DNA of 32,280 bases. It comes from Sphacelaria rigidula. Its lineage: Eukaryota. This document shows positions 12,011-25,000 of the stretch, in pieces; within the stretch, counting starts at the first letter, position 1, and each line of letters starts with the position of its first letter. The notes beneath the pieces are model-generated. The model saw only the letters and a program-made list of their open reading frames with translations, made no database searches and was not told the origin of the DNA. Location of the stretch: the NCBI GenBank assembly GCA_964200075.2, contig CAXNAA020000040.1, forward strand, positions 1 through 32,280, in the 5' to 3' direction. A program made the position numbers and the translations under genes.

Positions 12011-12097
12011 CTGAGACTTTTTGAACTGGTCAAGATCTTGAAGTGTCCTAATTGCCCTGACAGGAGGCCGGTACTCTTGAGGAGGTGCGGCCGCCAT
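12011..12097 (-). CDS. Probable first coding exon of a divergent gene, PTPA-like (PP2A phosphotyrosyl phosphatase activator)
   Basis: aagATGG start; MAAAPPQEYRPPVRAIRTLQDLDQFKKSQ (29 codons); perfect donor CAG|gtaagt at 12010-12005. The pattern P-x-R/K-x-I-x-T-x-x-D-L-x-x-F/W-K-x-S-Q matches my recollection of the PTPA N-terminus. Exon 2 was not found in 1-12004. Confidence 0.6.
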
Positions 12098-12465
12098 CTT
12101 TCTTTATGGCGATGTTAGAAACGCGTACAGTATCCTAAGATGTCCGTAGCCTTCCAGAATGCTATAAACTAAAGAAGGTATGGCCTGGCGCTTCTCCAGT
12201 CTGGCAAGCTTAACTGTACGATAAATGGTACAGCTGTGTAGTGCTACTCTTATTCTCGCGCACTTTGCTATACCGTTTGTAACCCAGGGGTGATCAACGG
12301 GACGGACGGACGAGTAATGTAAGAGACCAACGGGACCTCTGATGTGAAATCTAGTGTGGTCTGTGTTGTTTGAGAGTGCACACGACACGGCAAGGGGAGA
12401 GGCGTGGGAGAAACGATACATTTTCTTTCTGTGTGTTGTGGGCTGTGGCACTTCTTCTCGCAAAC
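12098..12465. promoter_or_regulatory. Putative bidirectional promoter plus 5' UTRs
   Basis: 368 bp between two outward-facing ATGs, each followed by a short exon with a good donor; no recognisable repeats. Confidence 0.5.
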
Positions 12466-12576
12466 ATGGTGGAATATGAGCCTGAGTCGGGTCCAGTTTC
12501 CCCGGCTAGCAGTCGAGGAGGCAGCCTACAACTACCGGATTTCGAGGAATCCGACTTTTATGTTGAACAGCAGCAG
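12466..12576 (+). CDS. Kinase gene exon 1 (MVEYEPESG...VEQQQ)
   Basis: caaacATGG start, 37 codons, donor CAG|gtgaac, phase 0 matches exon 2. Confidence 0.75.
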
Positions 12577-15500
12577 GTGAACATTACCTGGTGCCCCTGT
12601 CCCGCTGTGTTTGAGCGATGGCAGTTGTCGCTGGTGCATCGATGTAGAGTCGCTCATAACACTGATGAAATAGGTAGCGGGAGAGTGGACAGGCAAATTT
12701 GCTGACTGCGTGTATTCTACTGCATGTGCTTCACCAGTGTTGTACCGTGCGGAATCGCGCATGTTGTTCATTTGCAAGGGGGGTTGGTTCACGCGAAACG
12801 CTCCGCTCTTCTCTACGCTCGATGAAATCAGGTTACCATAGGGCCGTCCGTGGGAGAAGGCGCGTTTTCGACGGTGTACATAGGGAAATATTTTGGAGAT
12901 GTGGTGGCTGTGAAGAAACAGACACGGCAAGGACGGGATTTGGAAAAGTACTTGCTGCGAGAGCTGTCGGTGTTGAAGTACATTCGACATCAGAACATGC
13001 TGGAGTACATTGGGTGAGATTCGGATCGCATCATTTTTCCAGGGGTTCCAACAACAATTGTGTGAAATTTGAACTCATGTCGTATAATCAGTTTACTAAG
13101 AATCCACCGGGAATCTGGGGTTAGTTCGGCAGAGCATCTCCACAAGTCCAAACTTCGATTTTTTTACCCGAATGCTTCTTCATGTTGTCACAACTGTCCG
13201 GAAGTATCGTACAAACGTTGCGTATAGTCTTTTCTACAGGTTTTCTATGCGTATTAGCATCGTTATGATTGGTTGAAAGTCGCAGATTTACTGAGGCCGT
13301 GTTTTAGGCCCTGTCTTAGCACATGGGTTTTCGATCGAAAAAGTGCGGTGGAAAACAAAAACCCTGATCTGATGGACTATGATTTCAACCATCATCATTC
13401 TTTAACGGTTTTCGATCGAAAAAGTGCGGTGGAAAACAAAAATCCTGATCTGATAGACTATGATTCCAACCATCATCATTTAGAAAACCCATGTGCTTAG
13501 ACAGGGCCCAAGACAGGCCCATATCAAATTTGTTTCGACTCCAAAACATGCGGTCGAATCGAACTGGTCGTTACGAGGCCGTATCAGATACGTCCACGGC
13601 ATTTATGTTCCTAGAGGGCTTTAAGTCCATTTTATAATTAGTTGCGCGCGACGGGCAGGGTCGAAAACAGAAAAGCTTAGCTTTTTCGAGCAAAACGAGC
13701 GGCGGAATGAACAAAGGGGCACGTATCTCCAATGTTGCAGCAGACAACCGTGCCAGACACCACCGTTTCACAGAACTACGCAAAACCCAAATGGTTCATT
13801 CGCAGCTAGCTGTACTCAACCCTGCGGCATAGATCACGAACTGAGCACAAGGATAGATCCACTGCAATGATAGGAAACCGACACCACCACTCTTTTGACA
13901 TGATGTGTTTCGTTGTTATTGGCGAAAACTTGGGCATCTAATTTTGTGGCAGGGTGCACCGACGGAGTTGCGTGTTGGGTTGGGCGATTAAATTGCCAAC
14001 GCGCTCATGGACAGTAGAGGCGGTGCAAAACTGCACGTGGCTCAAATCTACTTTGAATCCCCCTGTATGCAGAGAGTCAGGTGGCTGTGCTGTCTATATG
14101 TCGCGTTGCCCGCTTCTTTTTCACATCGCGTCTGCATGCCGTACTGTACTGTATATTGAATACAAGTAAAAGAATTACCGCTTCACGAATTTCGCTTAGC
14201 CTTTTCGATTCGAAGCGTGCAAATTCGCTCGGACCCAAACATAGCAAAGCGAACCGAATCAGTTCCGCCGCACGAACTCGTTCGAGTCGGAAATTTTTTC
14301 ATAAGACACGGCCTGATCGCCGAGGGACCCAGACCCAGCCATGAGTGCAAGGTAGACGTACCCAAGGTAAACGCAACTGAAAACGGAAACGCTCGATGAA
14401 GTCAAAGAAAAGTACAAACAGCAGACGAAACAGACGGAGTTAACTGAGAAGAAAACAAATACACACACAAAACAATAAAACGACGGAACTAAGCAGGTAC
14501 AGATCTTTCCAATCAAGTTATTCACAGAAAAGGTAAACGAAGCTATATGGGAGCATGCCTTAACGCCGAATAACATGATAGTAGTGGATCCGATCAATCC
14601 GTGACGCGAGTGCTAGGTACTTACCCATCGGACACGTGCGCAGAAGTTCATAACAAAACGCAGATGCTAACCCGTGGCAAAAAAGGCATAACTCGGAGAA
14701 GAAAAAACAATTTCGGAAGGATTTACTCGAACTCATGTCTTCATATTTTCAACTTTTGAGTACCACGGAATTGAAATTTATACTCCGGGGCGGGGGGATG
14801 GTTGCCAGGGAATTGAAATCCCCCCGCACAAGCACCGTTGACTCAACATTTTTTTTGCCCTTGATGTTGAATAACTCCATATAAAGGACTGCGATCGATC
14901 CGTGACGAAATTACCACCTCGATATTACCTACCGTTCTGGATAGAGGTCGAAACCCGCCAGCTGAACGGGGCAAACACGCGGGAAAAGGCGCGAAAGCCT
15001 CATTTCGGGATAATTTTCTTGAATGTAAGCTATACTCCACAACCCCAAGGGTGAATTTTCTCGGCATGTGGGGGTTCATTGAAAGCGGGAACAAGTTCAT
15101 GTTGTCGGCGTTGTTCTCGGGCATTGTAATTATCGCTTTGTACGATTGGCTAGTCTCATCTCGCATTTTCTAACACACAAGATTTCATTGCCTACTCGTA
15201 CTTTCCTGACAGTACTGTCTGTACCGTTTTAAGTGCACTGCAATAGTCCAGAGTCCAGGCGGTAACGCGCAGTACTCCTATTGTGTGTCTGTTGTGTAGT
15301 TGTGTGAATGTATTTTCGATTGTGTTTGTGGCGCTTTTTCCCCCGTCGATTAGCTCTTGTATTCAGACGCGCGTTCGAAGGATATAAGTTTCCCGGGCAT
15401 ACCACGCATACAAAAAACGCCATTTCTCTTTCGGTAGGGGTATTTTGCTGCGGTAGCCAGCGGTAGGGCTGTCCGCATGCTGAGAGAATTTATACCATCA

Positions 15501-15975
15501 ACACATGAAAAGTTGGATGAGGGAGAAAAGTCGAGCAACGGCATACCTATAAGCAACCATGGAATCACCAGGACAACGCGAGAAAAAAGTCGAGAGCAGA
15601 AGTAAAGCAAAAGCTAGTCGACAAATCCAGCAAGATAGCGGGAAGAACGGAGAACAGCACAGAGGAAAATTACACAACAAGTACAAGCAAACAAGAAACA
15701 CTGCAGGATGCACCAGCGCGCGTAGGATCACGCGATCGGCGGCAGATGGAATGCGTCCATCCCGTCAGCTGGTGTTGCCTTCTTCATGTCTGCTTTCACT
15801 GGCTGTATTTCCCCCGGCCACCCATGCCACCATGAATTTCGTCGCTCCGTTCTCCACGTGGTCGTGCTATTGGGTGCTGTTTTTGGCTCTTGTTGTCCAG
15901 TCGCCAGGGTTGATCCGAAAGCTTCTCAGATCGTCGGTTAGGCAATCCCGCCAGTTCTTTCGCGTACCTTCTTTG

Positions 15976-16039
<64 letters not shown>

Positions 16040-19000
16040 TTCTTTTTGCCCCGCCTCCAACTCNNNNNNNNNNTGTTGTCGGTTGGGAAACCCCGCCCCT
16101 TTTTTCTCCTTCCCTCTTTTTTGCCCCCCCCCCCCCCCCCCTTTCCGTCCAAGACTCCGTCCATAATCCTCTCGGGCTATCGTTCGTTGTCCAGGCATAT
16201 AACTCGTCCAGCGCACAAGAGTCTCGATCTCCAGATGGTTGTTTTAATGCTCGTGCATATCGCCCTCTCCTCTCCAGGGTTTTCACGCGGGAAATTGCGT
16301 TTCTAGTAGGCTTGCGGAGTTGTCGGATGAACTGTATTAGGAGTCGGTGGTGGGTGGTGTGTGGCTTGTCGTGGTCGACCATTCCGCGTCCACGATGAGG
16401 AGTCCCAGAGAAGGACTTCGAGCACTTCGGCTTTAAGCATGCGGATCTTGAAATCGAATGGCGAAGCCGATGTGCCGCTGTCGTAAAGCGTTCGGCCGAA
16501 CTTTCTGTTCTTCTACCACGCGATTCGGGTCCGGCGTTTTTATCGGAGGTCGTGTCAGCCTCTCCGTTGAAGAAGGTTCCTAGATAGGCGGTGTTGTCTG
16601 CCTGAGCATATATTTGCTGCGCTGCCCTGATGCGCATCGTGTCCGCTTGCTGGTACGGTGCAGACATACACATGGTCTCCGTCTCCTTATCCGACACGGT
16701 CAGTCCAAATGCCTCGCATGCATGGACAACAGGTGTCATCCTGGAAAGGCTTACCTGCGACCCTGACACGATGCTGGCGTCATCGGCGTACAGTATAGCC
16801 CATGATTGTTTCTGGGGTGCCTTGCGTCTCTCCACTTCGTCATTCTTCGTCTCCCGGACTGTTTACCCACCTTTTCGTTGTTAGCCTTGACCCGGCGCTA
16901 CCTTCCCTCATCTACGGTTCTTCACTCTCCTTTGTGGGATGCATATCTAGTAGATGATGAAGCAGCGGGCAGTTTTGCTTTCAACGGGTAATACAAGCCT
17001 TCTACGGTAGGACAGCAGCACCGTCCTATGAAGCACGCTCAAATGCCATGTTCTTCACCTGTAGGATGGCGAAGGGGTGAAGGAGCAGCAGCAATAAATA
17101 GTAGCGTGGGTATGAATCACAGATGATCGGTCGCAAGTCCGCAGTGAAGATTTGAGTAGCAAGAAGCTTCAAAGCCGACCAATGGTGTCGGGTTCAGCGC
17201 CAACTACACTTATCTATCCGCTCTGAGCTATCAACTTTTCAAAGCGAACTCGCCTGCAAACACTCTATAACTCGGCGCTAGTTGTCTTGATCCACGAATG
17301 TCCCTCTCATAGTTTGCTTGCCTGTGAAATTTTATAGGGTGATGCTATTTCCAAGTCGCGACTTGGACATAGTTATGTCCAAGTCCAGCGAGTGAAATAC
17401 CTCTCAGCGTTCGTCCCATATGTCTTGCATCGACACCACAGCACCTGCAATACACTCACAGTCCGTACTCATCGTTCAAGCCATCGCACGGTGTAAAGGG
17501 CCTCGTAGCGGACGAGAAACGCGCCCGCTACATTAAGTGCCAAAAAATACCGCCTGCCGACTGGGGTTGGACATAACTTATGTCCAAGTCCAGCGAGTGG
17601 AATACCTGTCTGCGCTTGTTCCATGTGATTTTTATCGACGCCACAGCAGCTGCAATACACTCACACAGTCCGTAGCCATCGTTCAAGCTATCGTGGGGTG
17701 CAAACGGCGTTGTAGCGGAGGAGAAACGTGCCTGCTACAGGCAGTGCCAAAAAATACCACCAGCCGACTGGAGTTGGACATGAGCTATGTCCAAGCCCAG
17801 CGAGTGTCCGTGCTTGTTCCATGTGCCTTGTATCGACACCACAGCAGGTGCAATACACTCACGCAATCTGCAGTCACCGTTCAATCCATCGTGGGGTGCA
17901 GAGCTAAAGCACGGGAGCCGTATCACGATGCTGTAGCCTTCGGGACTAGATATACAACATCGGCCTTCTTCCTCGCAGTTCCCACAGCTGTGGGAAATCG
18001 ACCCACTGGTTGGGTGTCGAGGACATCGCCGGTGCGACGAAGAAAGGATCGATTCATGGAGCCATCTTTACGGCTGGTACACGTTATCCGCACTTCGTAC
18101 CCAACAGCCCCAGGTTACACGAGCAGTGGGCGATGTATATGGATCGTGTATGAAGTTGGCAGCACCGGCCTTAACGTTGATGCCGTACGATGCGACACAG
18201 CTGAGCGGCGTATACATTTCTAGTCTATTGGACGCTGTAGATACATGATCATCACGCTGGCTATAACCTCAGTGCATCGCGGAATACTGCGGGTAGAACG
18301 CACTAGCGGCAATCACCTGATGGCGTTCTTGTCTACAACGCGGTCGCTATCAATCGCAAGCACATAATTACGTGCTCCCATGCCCTCAGCCAACATAGCT
18401 TTATCCAAGGTGCTTAAGTCGCGTTTTTGACAAAAGCTATGTCCAAGTCCAGTCCGGTGCACATGTATTTTTTTGGTACTGTGTGCAGCAGGCGCGCTTC
18501 TCCGCTACGACGCCGTTTGCACCCCACGATGGCGTAAACGGTGGCTGCGGAGTGCGTGAGTGTATTGCAGCTGCCTTGGTGTCGATACAAGGCACATGGG
18601 ACAAGCACGGACACGTATTCCACTCGCTGGACTTGGACATAGCTCATGTCCACCTCCAGTCGGCAGGCGGAATTTTTTGGCACTGCGTGTAGCAGGCGTG
18701 TTTCTCGTCCGCTACGAGACTCTTTGCACCGTGCGTTGGCTTGAACGATGGCTACGGACTGTGTGAGTGTATTGCAGGCGTTGTGGTGTCGATACAAGGC
18801 ACATGTGACAAGCACGGACAGGTATTCCACTCGCTGGACTTGGACATGAGCTCTGTCAAAGTCGTCCAAGTCGCGACTTGGACATAACCTATATCCACCT
18901 CCAGTCGGGCGGCGATATTTTTTTACACTGTGCAGCAGGCGCGTTTCTCGTCCGGTACGAGGCCGTTTGCACCGTGCGATGGTTTGAACGATGGCTACGG

Positions 19001-22000
19001 ACTGTGTGAGTGTATTCTGGGTGTTGTGGTGTCGATGCAAGGCACATGGGACGAACGCGGGCAGGTAGTCAACAGCTGGACTTGGAAATAGCAATACCCT
19101 ATTTTTTACAAATGCCGGGGTGAAAACAGCAGTTGGTTATAATATGAAACTACTGTACATGTAATGTATTGTTGCATGAATGTACATTTTCCTCACCCTT
19201 GATTTCATACTGTATGACTCTTTCCATCATTAGCCCCACCCTTGATTCGTACGCCACGACTCCTTCCGACATTCTCCTCACCCTTATTCTGACGGCGAGA
19301 CTCTCTCCAACATTTATACTACCCTTGATTCGTACGGTACGACTCGTTCCGGCATCCTCCCTACCCTCAATTAACACGATGCGACCCTTTCCCGCGCTTC
19401 CCCCACCCTTGATTCGTACTTCTGCCGACATTTTTTCCCACCCCTGATTCGTACGGTACGATCCTTTCGAACGTTTGCCTCGCCGCTGATTCGGACAGTA
19501 CGTACGACTCTTTCCAATATGTTTCCCACTTGTGGTCCGTACGTGCGGTACGACTTCTCCCAGTCTTTTTTGCTACCTGGGGGTTTGTACAAGAACGTTG
19601 ATTCATCCATGGTTTCTGCTTGAGATTCGTGCAGGATGGTTTTGACATACGTCATCCTCACCCTGGATTCGTACATGAATTGAGTTAGTTTTTTATTCAA
19701 GTATGATTTCATACGAGACTAATGGCACGCATCACAATTCGTCCTTTGTGTGGAAGGTTTGACAGGATTCCATCCGCAGCGCGAACTGAACAATCCGACA
19801 GAAGCTGGACAACCTTACGAAGAACAGGACGTTCAAGCGTACTGGACTCAGCTTAGTACGAAGCCCGCATCTATAGTAAGACCGCCGGTACAGATTTGTG
19901 CTGGCGTTTAAACACGGAAGAAAAGCTGGTCGACAGCATGATGACTCCAAATAAGTACTCAAATGACGCGATGCCTGCCTTAAGTGCATGATACAGTAAA
20001 CATGTTCTTATTTTTGTCACATTTTGAACTCCTCCCCTTCCTCAGAACCAGTTCGCGGTCTCAAGGGATCAACCCATCTCTCCCCAGTCCACGCCTTGCA
20101 TTTTGATCTCGCGGATTGGGTCAGCACTCCCGCACCGCGTCGACTCACGCCAAGCAAACTCAGTCAAGAACTTCTTGTTTGCCCACCTACTCACGCTTTC
20201 GATGGTGGAAATCAGATACTTGGCGGAAAAAATGAATCGGGAATGAAACCCACGTTCCCTCTGCCCTAATGGTGACAGTCGGGCCATTTTAATATACACC
20301 ACCGGGGCGCGACGACTGCACACATCATATGTGTAGCACGGAGCCCAGAGAGCACGGATTCGCCAGCAAAAGCCATGTGCGGCGGAAACGCCGTACTTAT
20401 TATGCTGCTTTTCGAGCTCATCTTCCGATCCTCAGGTGACATAAATGCAATTGAAGATATCTCTACCCGCACAGAACCAACTGAGACAACACAGCTTGGG
20501 GTGTGTAGCTGAGACAAATACCTACGAATGCCTTTCAATCAAAGCTGTTTAGGGAGACCAGTACATATTTGATTGATATCAAGACATTGACATATATTGA
20601 CGTTGATCAGCAACACCACCAACATAATAATAAATTGCTACTCCTGCTGAAGTCAATACCCACTGAATATATGTATTATCGTCATTGTTTAGCTGTGGTG
20701 ACATGTGCGCGGCCTCAACGCACAGAAGCACCAGCACCGTACTTCGAGCAGGAGATCAGGAGCATGAACAACAACACCAGCTCTCAAGGTTGACCGCCAC
20801 CGCAACAGATATTAAACGATTATTTGGCGTACCGCAGCAAACATCCAACCATTCTGACTTTCACATAATCTTCGACACTTTCTTTGCTACGTTTTTCGTT
20901 TCAATTGAAGTTCGTGCACACAAAACGCTGCTCTCGGGTGGTCGATCATGAGCTCGATTTTGAAGAGAGATGGCAAAACGTGTATTTTCTTGCCTCCGGT
21001 GGCTCCTCCGGGCAGGCCCCCTCACCAACCGGGGGAAGGCGTTGTGAGTCAGGCGCCGCCATGACGAAAGTACGATGCTGATGTATTGGTATATTCATGA
21101 AACAAAACTCAAACAACCCTGAATTCAGTGTTGCTGGGATGTCCTCTCGCCGTTAACTATTTCGTAGAGGTAGAATATAAAGTACGACCAGCCTACAGCG
21201 TACTACTTACTACGATTATGATAATCTTGGCCGCAAACGACGGATGCTAGCAAATGGTGCTTGCATGTGCAAATGCGTCACGCTAGGTTTCACACAAGAC
21301 GAATTATCTGCGATTGCGTGTTCAAGAGGCTGAGTGGAAAATGACGTCCGGGCCTGTAAAAATACCGATATCTCGTGTTGGCGCTTTCCAAGAGACACCC
21401 ATCGCCATCTCACGCGGTAGTGTCGGTGAATTGAGTCGGAATTATTTTCAGGTACACCTTCGAAGGTTCTCTACACATGTTTCGGCGTATATCGGTGATT
21501 GCATGCTTGATTGAGATCGTTGACTCCGTCGTTTTCTTGTTTTCCAGGGGATGGTACCTAAAGTGCACAGGAACCGTAGGTAAGGTACCGTACCGAGCGT
21601 ACCCCCGGTATTTACCGGGGTATCCCATACCGTGGTATGCGTGGGTATCGTAGGTATGAGTCCCAAAAATACCTGATGAAGCGGGTGCGGTGGGTATTGA
21701 ACTCTCGAAATACCGTGGTATCGTAGGTATCGTATGAGTCTCGAAAATACCTGATTGAGCTTGTAGGGTAGGTACTGGTATCTCGAAATACCGTGGAATC
21801 GTAGGTATCGTAGGTATCGTAGGTATGACATTTGAAATACCCGATTTGGTCGGTATCGGTAGGGTATGAGATGTCTCAAATACCATTACCGGGTACCTAC
21901 CTTACCCTCTATACCGGTTTCAGAACTGTCATGCGGCAGTGCGGAGAAGCGTTTCACGGCGTGTCTCAGCACTTATTCTTTGATCGAAAAAATGGGGCGG

Positions 22001-25000
22001 TGGAATTTGATTTTAGCGAAAATCGCTCATTCTTGTCGAGTTGGGTCCAAGCTTTCGATCGAACAAAGACAGTGAAACTAGTGAAACGGTACATGATCAC
22101 TCGTGTACAGCACAGACAGTCTGTACTGTCTGCACTCGTTGCAAGCAGGGTCTTGAGTGTGTGTGTGTGCGTGTTTCGTGCAGGAGGATATAAAGGAGAA
22201 ATGGGCAACGTGCAGTGCAGACAGCCCAGGACTATTAGTTCTCTCTGCTCACAATGCGACGTGCGAAGGAATTCAGCAACATGCAGCTTTGTACTGCCTG
22301 CACTGTCCATGAGCGTGCACGCAACTCGGTTGTCCACCGTACCATGCAGTTCCGTCGCTGATGCCTACCATGGAAGAAGATGCACAAGTTTGCGCCAACA
22401 AAAAATGAAGAAAGCATACCCAATTACTGCAGGGTATCTATCCCTGTGCTCAACTCGTACTCGATGCTGCAGGGTTGCGGTGGTAGCTGAGAATGAGTTG
22501 GATGGACTTAGCATGGTTCTGTGCATGGGTTTTATCTGGCGTTGTGGTCTGTAAGGTAAGACTCAAGTGTTGCGTCGTGCCTTTCGACCGCACGTTTTCG
22601 ATCGAAAAAGCTTAGTGTGATTGTTTTGTGGTTTTTCTCCGCGCGCCACTAATCATAAATTTGAGTTGAAGCCTTCTAAGAACACAAATGTGGCGGGCCT
22701 ATCAGATCGAGAGAAAAAAAACGACCGCATTTCAGACCACATAATAATAAGTTAATTGAAATAATCCAAACACGAACATCAGGGGGAAGTTGGGTATATG
22801 TTATTACTCGTGAAAAAAAGACGTACCTGCTCCGACAACTTCTTGCCTGTGCGTAAGTTGGGATCAGCTGCTGCACCGTGGGGAGTGCATCGTGTCCGGT
22901 ATTTACCAGGGATACCCCACGGTATTTACCGGGGTATCCCGCACCGTGGTATGCGTGAGTATCGTAGGTTTGAATTTTGAAAATACCCCATTGAGCGGGT
23001 ACGGTAGGTATTGAAATCTCGGAATACCGTGGTATAGTAAGTATCGTAGGTATGAGTTTCGGAAATCCCCGATTGAGCGAGTACGGTAGGTACGGAAATC
23101 TCGAATATACCGTGGTATCGCAGGTATCGTAGGTATGGGTTTCGAAAATACACGATTGGGCGGGTACGGTAGGTGTTGAAATATCGAAATACCGTGGTAT
23201 CATTGGTATCATAGTATGAGTTTTGAAAATACCTGATCGAGTGGGTACGGTAGTTATTGACATCTCGAAATACCGTGGTATTGCAGGTATCGTAGGTATG
23301 ACATTTGAAAATACCCGATCGGACCGGTATCTGTAGGATATGGCATGTCCCAAATACCGGTACCGGGTACCTACCTTACCTTCGATCCCTGTGCTGAAGT
23401 GGCCTCATCGCCGGCGAACACTCCTGTCAAAACTCACGCTGTACTGCCTAACGTACAGTATACCGTCTCTGCACAGACAAGTAGGTATAACTAGCAGCCA
23501 TCGTTCAGGGTCAATATTGTGCTAGTAGTGTCACACGATATTTTGATGTTTGCTGGTCATGGCTTCGTTTCGTCTTGTCATTTGCGGTAACGATGTGTCG
23601 CACTTGATATTGTACCGTACACTGCTAGGAGTGTATATCAGCCGTGCAGAAAGGGTGAAATTGTCTCAGCGGGTAATACTGTATATGAATGGAGATATCT
23701 TGACCTTCTGTGCGGGTTATTGTGTAGACGTGAAATATTTAGTCAGTACATCTACTACAATATCATACTTGGCAATCAAGTGCTGCGGTTTCGTCACGCA
23801 TGGCTCTTGCTGGCTAATCCGAGCAACCTCCCTCAGACTCGTGCTACGCTTGCAGATCTGCCCAGTATTGTGATGTCCAGGTAGCCGAGCCGCAACGTGT
23901 CCCTTCGACCTTGCATCATGTGTGGTTTTCTACACAACCCCCCTGGCTAGAACCTGTAGGGGTTCTCTCGGGACCACCATAAGTTCGTAGCCTCGATTTT
24001 GTATGTCAGTTCAGACTATTGGGTTTTCCCCATGTATTTCCCCCTTTTTATCCTTCTTGTCCAGTTGCCTTTAGCGAGTGATTTCGTTCACTGACCTTGG
24101 TTGCGTCCCTCTCACGACCACGGTTGAATGTCTCGCCGACCACTTGATCTTCAACAATTAGTCAATCAATCTACCATGCAGCCTCAACATGCGTTTGAAA
24201 AAAATAGTACGATGGCTGATCCTGCGACTCGTGTGTTTTGACGCACGTGAATTTCCATAATTTTTTTAATGGTATCGGATTTTGATGGCGAGTAGGCCAC
24301 ATGCATCCCGAAATCCGCGCACATGTTGGCTATATGGTGTAGTGTATCATGCATGTACTGATACGAGAGTCGGAAACGGTACAACAATGATGCCCCCGTG
24401 AATGAGGCCCGATTTGGGGTATTATATATCGGGAAAATGGACACCGACCAACTGTATGCAGAAGAAATTGAGCCTACAAGAGCCAATCAGTATCAATCAC
24501 AAGTACACGCGTCACGTCGAAATGACGACCATGCTCATACAAAATGCACTAATATTGTAGTACATTCTACAACAACCTGTGACTGACGTTGCTGTACACC
24601 TGTACACAGGGTTACACCAACAGGCGGACAGAAACTGCTGCTCATGTTGTTGTTGTGCCCATCTTTCAACTCGGTTTTCTCGGCAACCAAGCAGAGGATG
24701 GGACTGTGGTTTGATACGTGCGCTTTCCACACATCAGAACTAGTCACTCATGCGACGGATTTCCGGAACGCGTGCGGCAGAAGTCGCAGCACCCTGCAAA
24801 CCGCGAAACTGCACTTGAAAACGCGTTTCCTTCAATGTTTTGGGGCTTTTCGGGTCCGCTGTGACGAATTGAGCAAATCCGCCCCGTAGGTTGCTAGGTC
24901 TAGTGTGTATGTGGGGGGCTGTGAAGTGCCACAGGCCGGTTTGCTTCCTGTTTCGAGAACGAGGCGATGAAAAGGATACAACTGTCGCGTACAAAACCTA

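Noticed and set aside
15559..16398. 279-aa poly-Pro ORF and poly-Gly antisense ORFs
   Set aside because: They arise from a poly-C run and low-quality sequence beside an N gap within a LINE remnant; not a gene.
17537..19094. 228-aa and 226-aa repetitive ORFs
   Set aside because: They read through tandem units of the fold-back arms; unit lengths of 205-207 bp do not consistently keep frame.
19190..19680. CRISPR-like appearance of a conserved core with variable intervening sequence
   Set aside because: The cores are degenerate, the 'spacers' resemble one another, there are no cas genes and the context is a eukaryotic intron.
21410..23353. IPTIP-repeat ORFs (158, 143 and 225 aa)
   Set aside because: Translations of the ~82-bp MITE repeat, whose period is not a multiple of 3.
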